Positions 21,084 through 29,260 of a stretch of DNA of 64,000 nucleotides are shown here, one piece after another. Positions within the stretch are counted from its first letter, which is position 1; every line of letters starts with the position of its first letter. Origin of the DNA: Candidatus Porifericomitales bacterium (GTDB taxonomy: Bacteria > Pseudomonadota > Gammaproteobacteria > CBDEFV01); contig CBDEFV010000004.1 of assembly GCA_965237735.1 (NCBI GenBank), positions 1,006 through 65,005 of the forward strand, read 5' to 3'. Under the pieces are notes generated by a model that worked only from the letters and a program-made list of their open reading frames with translations, was not told the origin of the DNA and did not search any database. A program made the translations under genes and the position numbers.

Positions 21084-21868
21084 GATTCCTGCCGGCCCTG
21101 GCCGCCAAAGGAGTCCCAGTTTCGCCAGGACGGCGGGGCGGGGCTTTCGCTGGAGTTCGTGCGACCGAAACGGCGGTCGCGCCGACCGTAAAAATCCAGG
21201 GCCGCCGCGAATTCGTCGACGCGGAAGTCGGGCCACAGGGTGTCGGTGAAGTAGAGCTCGCTGTAGGCCAGATTCCACAACATGAAATTGCTCAGGCGCA
21301 ACTCGCCGCCCGTGCGAATCAAAAGATCGATGTCCTCCCCGACGGAGAGGTGGCGGGCAAAGGCATGCTCGTCGAACTCGTCCGGATCAAGGCCCTTCTG
21401 TCCGGCTTCTCTGGCGAGGGAGCGGGCCGCCTGCAGCAGGTCCCAGCGGCCGCCGTAACCAAAGGCCAGAGTCAGCGACAGCCGATCGTTGCCGGCCGTG
21501 GCGGCTTCGGCCCGCTCAATGCGCCTGCGCAGTTGCGGCGAGAAGCGCGCCAGGTCGCCGACAAAGCGCAGGTTGATGCCGTTTTCGATGAGCTTCGCCA
21601 GCTCGCTGTCGAGGGACTGACGAAACAGCGACATCAGGGAGCGCACTTCGGACTGGGGGCGCATCCAGTTCTCGCTGCTGAAAACGAAGAGGGTCAGGCG
21701 GGCGACCTGCCGCTGGCAGCAGAATTCGATGCTGCTGTGAATCGATTCGATGCCGGCGCGGTGTCCCGCCTGGCGCGACAGGCCCCGGTTCCCGGCCCAG
21801 CGACCGTTGCCGTCCATGATGATGCCCACATGGCCCGGGACTTGCTGGCGGGGGGCCGGGTCGGCCAT
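21080..21868 (-). CDS. uppS: Undecaprenyl diphosphate synthase
   Basis: IIMDGNGRWA, FSSENW, IRTGGELRLSNF. Confidence 0.96.
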   Translation of the reverse strand: MADPAPRQQVPGHVGIIMDGNGRWAGNRGLSRQAGHRAGIESIHSSIEFCCQRQVARLTLFVFSSENWMRPQSEVRSLMSLFRQSLDSELAKLIENGINLRFVGDLARFSPQLRRRIERAEAATAGNDRLSLTLAFGYGGRWDLLQAARSLAREAGQKGLDPDEFDEHAFARHLSVGEDIDLLIRTGGELRLSNFMLWNLAYSELYFTDTLWPDFRVDEFAAALDFYGRRDRRFGRTNSSESPAPPSWRNWDSFGGQGRQES

Positions 21869-21884
21869 GCCAAGGGGGGAGAGA

Positions 21885-22460
21885 TCAGAACTCGAGGAGC
21901 TCAACTTCTTTGTCGGCTAGGATTTTGTCGATTGAGGCGACGGAACTGTCGGTCCATTTCTGCGTCTCTTCCTGGGCCGAGCGCTCGGTGTCCTCATCGA
22001 TGCTTTTGCCGCGCGCAAGTTTCTTGAGATCGGCCATGAGGGCGCGGCGTACATTGCGCACGGCCACCCTCGCCGCTTCGGCCTCCTGGCGCGCCTGGCG
22101 GATGAATTCGCGCCGCCGCTCCTCCGTCAGCGGCGGGAGCTGCAGGCGCAGCCTGTCGTCAGAGGCCGAAGGCGAGAGGCCGAGGTCGGAGTTGTGGATG
22201 GCCTTTTCGATGACCGGGATCACGGATCTCTCCCACGGCTGGATCAGGAGGGTGCGGGCGTCCTCGACAGAGATGGCGGCGACCTGATTGAGCGGGGTCG
22301 GGTTGCCGTAGTACTCGACCTCCAGATGCTCGATCAGGGCCGTGTTGGCCCGGCCAGAGCGGATTTGCGACAGATTCTGCTGCAGTGCCTTGACGCCAAG
22401 GCCCATGCGGCGGCGGGCGTCGTCGAGCAGGGCCTGGTGATCGATGGTTTCCGCTGCCAT
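21885..22460 (-). CDS. frr: Ribosome recycling factor
   Basis: IRSGRA, YYGNPTPL, PPLTEERR. Confidence 0.97.
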   Translation of the reverse strand: MAAETIDHQALLDDARRRMGLGVKALQQNLSQIRSGRANTALIEHLEVEYYGNPTPLNQVAAISVEDARTLLIQPWERSVIPVIEKAIHNSDLGLSPSASDDRLRLQLPPLTEERRREFIRQARQEAEAARVAVRNVRRALMADLKKLARGKSIDEDTERSAQEETQKWTDSSVASIDKILADKEVELLEF

Positions 22461-22463
22461 TTT

Positions 22464-23237
22464 CTAATCCATAAGAGTGCCGACAGAGGAGTCGAAGACC
22501 GCCCGCGACAACTCGTGTGGACGGTTGATATCGAACACCCGCACCGGCATTTTGTTCTCCCGGCACAGGGCGATAGCGGCCATGTCCATGACTCCGAGTC
22601 TCTTGCTGATGACCTCGTCGTAGCCCACCGACCTGTAGCGGCGGGCCGTGGAAGAAAGCTTGGGGTCGCTGTCGTAAACTCCATCGACATTGGTCGCCTT
22701 GAACAGCACATCGGCGCCGATTTCGATCGATCTCAGGCTGGCCGCGGTATCCGTGCTGACCAGAGGGTTGCCGGTGCCGCCGGCGAAGATGACGATGCGC
22801 CCCTTTTCCAGATGGCGCACGGCGCGTCCGCGGATGTAGTCCTCGCAGAAAGAGCGCACGCTGACGGCCGACTGCACCCGGCTCTGCACCTGGGTGCGGT
22901 GGAATTCGTCCTTCAGGGCCAGGGCGTTGATCATGGTGGCCAGCATACCGATGTGGTCGGCCGTGACCCTGTCCATGCCCTGCTCGGCGAGGCCGATGCC
23001 GCGAAAGAAGTTGCCGCCGCCAATGACGATGGCGATGGAAACGCCGGCTTTACTGATGCGGCTGACTTCCTCGGCGACCCGCTTGAGCCTGGCCGGGTCA
23101 ATGCTCAGGCCGGGCTCGCCGACCAGGGCTTCGCCGCTGAGTTTCAGCAGGATGCGCCTGTAAAGCGGCCGCTGGCCGGCTTCAATGCCGGCCGCAGCAG
23201 CACCGCTTTCGCTGTCGGCCGCCGCGGTTTCGTTCAC
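22464..23237 (-). CDS. pyrH: UMP kinase
   Basis: LLKLSGEAL, GGGNFFRG, GMLAT. Confidence 0.97.
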   Translation of the reverse strand: MNETAAADSESGAAAAGIEAGQRPLYRRILLKLSGEALVGEPGLSIDPARLKRVAEEVSRISKAGVSIAIVIGGGNFFRGIGLAEQGMDRVTADHIGMLATMINALALKDEFHRTQVQSRVQSAVSVRSFCEDYIRGRAVRHLEKGRIVIFAGGTGNPLVSTDTAASLRSIEIGADVLFKATNVDGVYDSDPKLSSTARRYRSVGYDEVISKRLGVMDMAAIALCRENKMPVRVFDINRPHELSRAVFDSSVGTLMD

Positions 23238-24109
23238 AGGCCCGCCTGCCGCTGGACTTCAGCGACAAAATCATCTTCCTCCACCTCTATGCCCTCGCCC
23301 ACTTCGAGGCGGGCGAAGTCAACGGCCTCGGCGCCCGCTTGCCGCAGCAGGTCGGCGACGGTCTTCTTCGGCTCGCGGATAAAGGGCTGGCCCGTCAGGG
23401 TGATGCCGGCCAGGTGTTTCTTCAGACGCCCCTCGACCATGTTGGCGATGACCGCCTCCGGTTTGCCGCTCCGGGCGGCCTCGGCGACGAGCAGCCGGCG
23501 CTCCTCCCCGACCGCCCCGGCGGGGACCGCCTCCATATTGAGGTAGAGAGGCCGCGAAGCGCTGATGTGCAGAGCCAGGTCGTGCGCCAGAGAGGCGTCG
23601 CCGCCGGCGAGGACCACCAGGGCGCCGATGCGGCCCCCGTGGACATAGCCGCCGAGAATTTTGCCGCCTTCGACGATTCTGCGCTCGACGCGGCGCAACT
23701 GGACGTTCTCGCCGATGAGGGAGATGAGGCCGCGGCGCTTGTCCTCGACGGACTCGCCCGAACTGTCCCTCTGCTGCAGCAGGCCGGCGCTGTCGGTTGC
23801 GTCCGAGACAAGGGCGATGCGGGCGATTTCGTCGGCAAAGGCGCGGAAATCGTCGCCGCGGGCGACAAAATCGGTCTCGCAGTTGACTTCGATCAGGACT
23901 GCCGAGGAGTCGCCGCGGGCTAGGGCGACAAGGCCCTCGGCAGCGACGCGTCCGGCCTTTTGGGCGTGGCCGATCAGGCCTGAAACTCTCATCTGCTCAA
24001 GGGCGCTGTCAATGTCGCCGCCGCTCTCCGAGAGGGCTCGCTTGCAGTCCATCATTCCGGCTCCGGTGCGCTCGCGCAATTCTTTGACCAGGGTGGCAGT
24101 TACATTCAT
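23234..24109 (-). CDS. tsf: Elongation factor Ts
   Basis: VKELRERTGAGMMDCK, EVNCETDFVA. Confidence 0.97.
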   Translation of the reverse strand: MNVTATLVKELRERTGAGMMDCKRALSESGGDIDSALEQMRVSGLIGHAQKAGRVAAEGLVALARGDSSAVLIEVNCETDFVARGDDFRAFADEIARIALVSDATDSAGLLQQRDSSGESVEDKRRGLISLIGENVQLRRVERRIVEGGKILGGYVHGGRIGALVVLAGGDASLAHDLALHISASRPLYLNMEAVPAGAVGEERRLLVAEAARSGKPEAVIANMVEGRLKKHLAGITLTGQPFIREPKKTVADLLRQAGAEAVDFARLEVGEGIEVEEDDFVAEVQRQAGL

Positions 24110-24201
24110 GGATTTTTTATAAAGAGTTTGAAGAGGGATGAGACAGGAGCGGCGCCGAGCCGCCCGGCTGAGGCCGGAGGCCAACTGAACAGATTCTTTA
24201 T

Positions 24202-24207
24202 ATTATA
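24202..24207 (-). promoter_or_regulatory. Probable sigma70 -10 box for the tsf operon
   Basis: Perfect TATAAT on the minus strand in an AT-rich patch about 95 bp upstream of tsf. Confidence 0.5.
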
Positions 24208-24456
24208 CTGTCATCACTGGATTTAGAGGCCAGCGAAAAGCGGAAGCCGAAGGCAGAGGGCAGCCTCGGAACCAGGGTGATCCAGAGTGCGGCCCCTCGA
24301 CGACTGAAGCCGACGGCGGCAGGGCTCAGTCGCTGCGAAAGGGACTCCCCCTGGCCGGGAGCGGCCGCACCCCGGCCCTGCGCCGGCAGAACTTATTACA
24401 CTTTGCAATGCTTCAGGGCAAGGCGACGCCAACAAGCTCCCCGCCGAGGCCGCTTT

Positions 24457-27400
24457 TCAGTCTTTGAGCGCTCCCCAGGAGGCGCCGGCGCCGACATCGA
24501 CCTGCAGCGGCACTTCGAGCTCGACGACGCCGCTCATGCTGGGAGGCAGCATTTCGAGCAGCTGATCGACCGCATTTTCAGCGACCTCAAACACCAGTTC
24601 GTCGTGCACCTGCAGCAGCAGGTGCGCCGGCATGCCTTCCGCGTCCAGCCGGCGATCGACAGCGATCATGGCCATCTTGATGACATCGGCCGCAGTTCCC
24701 TGCACCGGGGCATTGACCGAGACGCGCTCGGCATGGCGGCGGCGCGGCGTCTGTCTGGCGTTGATCTCGGGCAGGTAGATGCGGCGACCGTAGAGGGTCT
24801 CGGCGTAACCGTGCTCGCGGGCCCTGTCGATGGCGCCGTCGCGGTAGGCGCGGACGCCAGGATAGCGGTCGAAATAGGTGCTGATGTAGTGTTCTGCCTC
24901 GCCGCGGCCGATTTTCAGGCGGCGCGACAGGCCGAACGCCGACATGCCGTAGATGATGGCGAAGTTGATCTCCTTGCCGATGCGGCGCTGCTCGGTGGTG
25001 ACCTCGGCCAGGGGCACTCCCATGATCTCGGCGGCCGTGCGGCTGTGCACGTCCTGCCCCTCGGCGAAGGCCTGAAGCAGGGTGGCGTCGGCCGACATGT
25101 GGGCGACGATGCGCAACTCGATCTGGGAGTAGTCGGCGGCGACCAGCATCTGGCCTTCAGGAGCGATGAAGGCCGAGCGGATGCGTTTGCCGCGCTCGCC
25201 GCGGATGGGGATGTTCTGCAGGTTGGGATCGGTCGATGACAGGCGACCGGTGGAGGCGACCGCCTGCTGAAAGGAGCTGTGAACGCGGCCGGTGCGCGCG
25301 TCGATTTCGCGCGGCAGTTTTTCGGTGTAGGTGCCGCGCAGCTTCTCGACCGAGCGGTGGCGCAGAACAAGGCCCGGCAACTCGTGCTCATCGGCCAGCT
25401 CCTCGAGCACTTCCTCTGAGGTCGAAGGCTGGCCCTTGGGGGTCTTGCGCAATACAGGCAGGCCGAGTTTTCCGTAGAGCAGCTCCCCCACCTGACCCGG
25501 GGAGGCCAGATTGAACTCCATGCCGGCGATCTCATGGGCGCGCTGCTGCACCTGGGCGGCTTCTTCCGCCATCTCGCGGCTGAGCCCGTCGAGAAGCCCG
25601 ACATCGATCAGGATGCCGTTGCGCTCCATGCGGGCCAGAACCCGTATTAGCGGCAACTCAATGTCGCCGTAGATGCGCCTGAGGCCCTCCAGGCCCTGAA
25701 CGCGCGGGGCGAGATGGGCCCGCATCGCCAGGGCGGCCGCGGCCCTCCCGGCGGCGAAGGCGGCGGCCTTGTCGATCCCGGTTTCGGCTAGGGGAATGGC
25801 TTTTTTGCCACTGCCGACAAGGTCTTCGAGATTCGACAGTTCGCGCCCGAGATGGCGGCGGGCAATGCTGGCAAAATCGTGGCGGCCCCCCTCGAAGACA
25901 TAGGACAACAGCATGAGATCGTCGGCGACGGCGTTCAGATCGATGCCGACTTCGGCCAGCAGGCCCCACTGCTGCTTGAGATCGTGGCCGACAACGAGGT
26001 GGGCGCCCGATTCGAGCAGTGGCCTGAGGTCGGCGAAGATTCTGGCGGCACTCAACGGCTTCTTCGCCCCCTCGGCCCGGTGCCCCAGAGGCAGGTAGGC
26101 GGTCTTGCCGGCGATGGCCCAGGCGAGGCCGACGGCGCGGCGGGCACCCGATTCGAGCAGCGACTTGAGGCCGGCGAAAATTCTGTTGGCACTCAACTGC
26201 TTCTTCTTCGCCCCCTCGCTCCCGTGCCTCAGAGGCAGGTAGGCGGCCTTGCCGGCGATGGCCCAGGCGAGGCCGACGAGCACGGCGCTGCGCGGATTGG
26301 CGACGTCCGCCAGAATCCACAAAGCAAAGGATTCGGCTGCCTTGAGTTCGGCGTTCCAGCTCTGCCAGTCGGCCTCGGTGAGAATGACGGAGACGGGTTC
26401 GGCCCCGCTGGAGGCTAGGGGCGCAGCGGCGCCGCCGACCTCCTCCGGCAACGAATGCTGCCTGCCCGTCATGGCAAGATAGACCCGGGCCAGCAACTGG
26501 GCGTCGACGAGAGCGCTGTGTCGCTTTTCGCGGCCACTGCTGTCAATGCCGTATCGCTTGCACAGGGCGTCGAGCGAGTTCTGCATCCGCACATGCCTGG
26601 AGCGCGCCATATCCAGAGTATCGCGGATGTCGTCGCACAGCTCAGCCAGCCGGGGCTTGCCGATGCGCTGAAGTTCGCCGTCGAGAAAGCCGGTGTCAAA
26701 CCTGGCGTTGTGGATCAGAAGAATCGAGCCGGAGATAAAATCGCTGAAATCGTCATAGCGATCGGCAAAGTCCGGCTTGTCGGCGAGAAATTCCCGGCTC
26801 AGGCCATGGACGCGGTAGGCCCCCCGCTCAATGTCGCAGTTCGGGTTGAAATAGGAGTGGAACTCCCGGCCGCCAAGGGAGCGACCGACGATTTCGACGC
26901 AGCCGATCTCGATGACCCTGTGACCCTTGGCCATGGAGGAGCCGCTGGTCTCGGTGTCAAGACAGACATATCTGTCGCCTGATCGGGAGGGCATAGGCGC
27001 AGGGGCGCCGACGCCCTCCTGCGGCAGCGTCAGCAGGCTGGCGCCGCCGCGGGTCTGGGCCAGCCAGGTGCGAAATTCGTAGTGTGCCAGCAGCTCTTCC
27101 AGGCGCCCTCGATCCGACGGGCGCAGCCTCAGGTCGGCGGGCGCCTGCTCGAACTCGACATCTTCGCGCAGGGCCACGAGTTCGCGGGTGGCGGGGAGCT
27201 GCTCCACAGTGGCGCGCAGGTTCTCGCCGACGACGCCGCCGATCTCGTCGGCATGTTCGATCAGGGCGCTCAGGGAGCCGTACTGCCCGAGCCAGCGGAC
27301 GGCGGTCTTGGGGCCGCATTTGGCGACTCCGCGAATGTTGTCGGCCTGATCGCCGACCAGAGCCAGATAATCGCCGACGAGCTCCGGCGGCACGCCCATC

Positions 27401-27909
27401 TTGGCGATGACGCCGGCAGAATCGAGGCGCACATTTTTGTTGGGATCGATCATGCTGATGCCGCCGCCGACCAGCTGCATGAGGTCCTTGTCGTTGGAGA
27501 CGACGACGGCCTCGCCGCCGTCGGCTACAGCGCGGCGGGCGAGAGAGGCGATGACATCGTCGGCCTCCAGGCCGGAGTGGGCGACGATCAGCGGTACGCC
27601 GGCGGCGACCAGGACCTCCTTGACGCCGTCTATCTGGCTGCGCAGATCGGGCGGGGCCGGCGGCCGGTTCGCCTTGTAGTCGGGGGCGAGGCGGTGGCGG
27701 AAGGTCGGGCCGGGGGCGTCGAGGATGAAGACGAGGTGGGACGGACGATAGTTTTTGCTGAAGGAGCGCAGCATGTTGACCACGCCGTAAATGGCCGCCG
27801 TCGGCTCGCCTGCGGAATTGCTCATGGGCGGCAGGGCATGGTAGCTGCGGAAGATGGCGGCGGTGCCGTCCACCAGGTAGAGGCTGTGGTCGGAAAAGTC
27901 CTTTTTCAT
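24457..27909 (-). CDS. polA: DNA polymerase I with an inserted DnaQ/epsilon exonuclease domain and a degenerate native 3'-5' exonuclease
   Basis: 5' nuclease (LVDG, YKANR, EADD, DKD), then a DEDDh domain, then family A motifs (GRLSSTDPNLQNIP, DYSQIELR, QVHDE); 1150 aa. Confidence 0.97.
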   Translation of the reverse strand: MKKDFSDHSLYLVDGTAAIFRSYHALPPMSNSAGEPTAAIYGVVNMLRSFSKNYRPSHLVFILDAPGPTFRHRLAPDYKANRPPAPPDLRSQIDGVKEVLVAAGVPLIVAHSGLEADDVIASLARRAVADGGEAVVVSNDKDLMQLVGGGISMIDPNKNVRLDSAGVIAKMGVPPELVGDYLALVGDQADNIRGVAKCGPKTAVRWLGQYGSLSALIEHADEIGGVVGENLRATVEQLPATRELVALREDVEFEQAPADLRLRPSDRGRLEELLAHYEFRTWLAQTRGGASLLTLPQEGVGAPAPMPSRSGDRYVCLDTETSGSSMAKGHRVIEIGCVEIVGRSLGGREFHSYFNPNCDIERGAYRVHGLSREFLADKPDFADRYDDFSDFISGSILLIHNARFDTGFLDGELQRIGKPRLAELCDDIRDTLDMARSRHVRMQNSLDALCKRYGIDSSGREKRHSALVDAQLLARVYLAMTGRQHSLPEEVGGAAAPLASSGAEPVSVILTEADWQSWNAELKAAESFALWILADVANPRSAVLVGLAWAIAGKAAYLPLRHGSEGAKKKQLSANRIFAGLKSLLESGARRAVGLAWAIAGKTAYLPLGHRAEGAKKPLSAARIFADLRPLLESGAHLVVGHDLKQQWGLLAEVGIDLNAVADDLMLLSYVFEGGRHDFASIARRHLGRELSNLEDLVGSGKKAIPLAETGIDKAAAFAAGRAAAALAMRAHLAPRVQGLEGLRRIYGDIELPLIRVLARMERNGILIDVGLLDGLSREMAEEAAQVQQRAHEIAGMEFNLASPGQVGELLYGKLGLPVLRKTPKGQPSTSEEVLEELADEHELPGLVLRHRSVEKLRGTYTEKLPREIDARTGRVHSSFQQAVASTGRLSSTDPNLQNIPIRGERGKRIRSAFIAPEGQMLVAADYSQIELRIVAHMSADATLLQAFAEGQDVHSRTAAEIMGVPLAEVTTEQRRIGKEINFAIIYGMSAFGLSRRLKIGRGEAEHYISTYFDRYPGVRAYRDGAIDRAREHGYAETLYGRRIYLPEINARQTPRRRHAERVSVNAPVQGTAADVIKMAMIAVDRRLDAEGMPAHLLLQVHDELVFEVAENAVDQLLEMLPPSMSGVVELEVPLQVDVGAGASWGALKD
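25994..26278. repeat. In-frame 144-bp diverged tandem duplication within the polA vestigial exonuclease domain
   Basis: VGLAWAIAGK.AYLPL.H..EGAKK..LSA.RIFA.L..LLESGA appears twice; DNA anchors at 26107 and 26251. Confidence 0.92.
26452..26994 (-). other. dnaQ-derived exonuclease domain embedded in polA
   Basis: About 84% aa identity (hand count) to the N-terminal ~180 aa of dnaQ at 33181..33882, starting from the same Met. Confidence 0.93.
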
Positions 27910-28136
27910 CGTACTTCAGGGTAGTGAGAGAGCGCCGCTATCTGCGGGACAGGGCCTCGAGCGCCGGCAGGCTGCGGCCAGCGATGTACTCGAGAGAGGC
28001 GGTGCCGTCAACCAGGTAGAGGCTGTGGTCGGAAAAGTCCTTTTTCATCGTGCTTCAGGGTGGTGAGAGAGCGCCGCTATCTGCGAGACAGGGCTTCGAG
28101 AGCCGGCAGGCTGTGGCCGGCGATGTACTCGAGAAA
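27859..28136. repeat. 139-bp tandem duplication covering the pgk 3' end, the intergenic region and the polA start
   Basis: ggcggtgccgtc...aggctgtggtcggaaaagtcctttttcatc occurs at 27859 and 27998. Confidence 0.93.
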
Positions 28137-29254
28137 GGCGCTGCCGCCCGTGGAGATGTAGGAGATGGAGCCGGTGTCGGCAAAGCGCTCAATGGCGGCC
28201 ACGGTGTCGCCGCCGCCGGCGACCGAAAAAGCCGGGGAGGCGGCGACGGCCTCGGCGAGGGTGCGCGTGCCCCCGCTGAAGCCCTCGTATTCAAAGGCGC
28301 CCAGGGGGCCGCTCCACACCAGGGTGCGGGCGTTCTCGACAAGGCCGACCAGACGCTTGAGCGATTTCGGCCCCAGATCGAAGATGGCCTCGCCGGGGGC
28401 GATGTCATGGACCGACTTGAGGCGGGCCTCGGAGCCCGCCTCAAGGGCCGGGGCCACCACCGCCTCGAGCGGCATTTCAACGGCTGCGGAGCGGCCGAGG
28501 GCGCGGGCGCGGTCGAGCCAGTCGGGCTCGTGCAGCGACGAGCCGATGGCCGTGCCGGCGGCGGCGAGAAAGGTGTTGGCGATGCCGCCGCCGAGAATCA
28601 GGGAATCGACCGGGGGGTCGCCAGCAGGTTTTCCAGCACGGCCGCCTTGGCCGACACCTTGGCGCCGCCGACGATGGCGACCAGCGGCCTCTCGGGGTTG
28701 TGCAGCACCCTTGAGAGGGCCGTCAGTTCGCGTTCCATCAGGGGACCTGCGCAGGCCGCGGGCGCGTGGCGGGCGACGGCCGAGGTCGAGGCCTGGGCGC
28801 GGTGGGCTACGGCAAAGGCGTCCATGACAAAAAGGTCACAGAGCCCTGCCATGCGCCGGCCGAGCTCGTCGTCATCGGCCTTTTCGCCGGCAAGGAAGCG
28901 GCTGTTTTCCAGCAGCACGCAGGAGCCGGGGGCACAGTCAACGCCGGCGAGCCAATCCTGCGCCAGGGCGACCGGCTGCTGCAGATGCTCCTCGAGCCAG
29001 GCGCGTACCGGCGCCAGCGAGAACTGCGGCTCAGCGGCCGGCGAGGCCCCTTCGGTCGGGCGGCCGAGGTGCGACATGAGGAGCACGGCGGCGCCGCGCC
29101 CGAGGCAGTCGCGGACGGTCGGCAGAGCGGCGCGCAGGCGGGCGTCGCTGGCGATGGCGCCGCTGTCGCCGAGGGGCACATTCAGGTCCTCGCGCAGCAG
29201 CACGCGGAGGCCGTGCAGAGAAAAATCGGAGAGGGTTTTCACCGGCAGGGGCAA
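28077..29254 (-). CDS. pgk: Phosphoglycerate kinase (apparent frameshift in the G6 run near 28612)
   Basis: REDLNVP, SHLGRP, GGAKVS; after the shift, ILGGGIANTF, AGGGDT, STGGSAFLE. Confidence 0.93.
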
Positions 29255-29260
29255 GCGTCC

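Noticed and set aside
26452-26994. Intein or mis-assembled duplicate inside polA
   Set aside because: No intein splice residues (N-terminal C/S, C-terminal HN followed by C/S/T). It is a DEDDh exonuclease about 16% diverged from the free dnaQ copy.
8989-29254. Calling gatB, bamA and pgk true pseudogenes
   Set aside because: Each has only one indel in a short run with intact motifs on both sides, so assembly error is more parsimonious.
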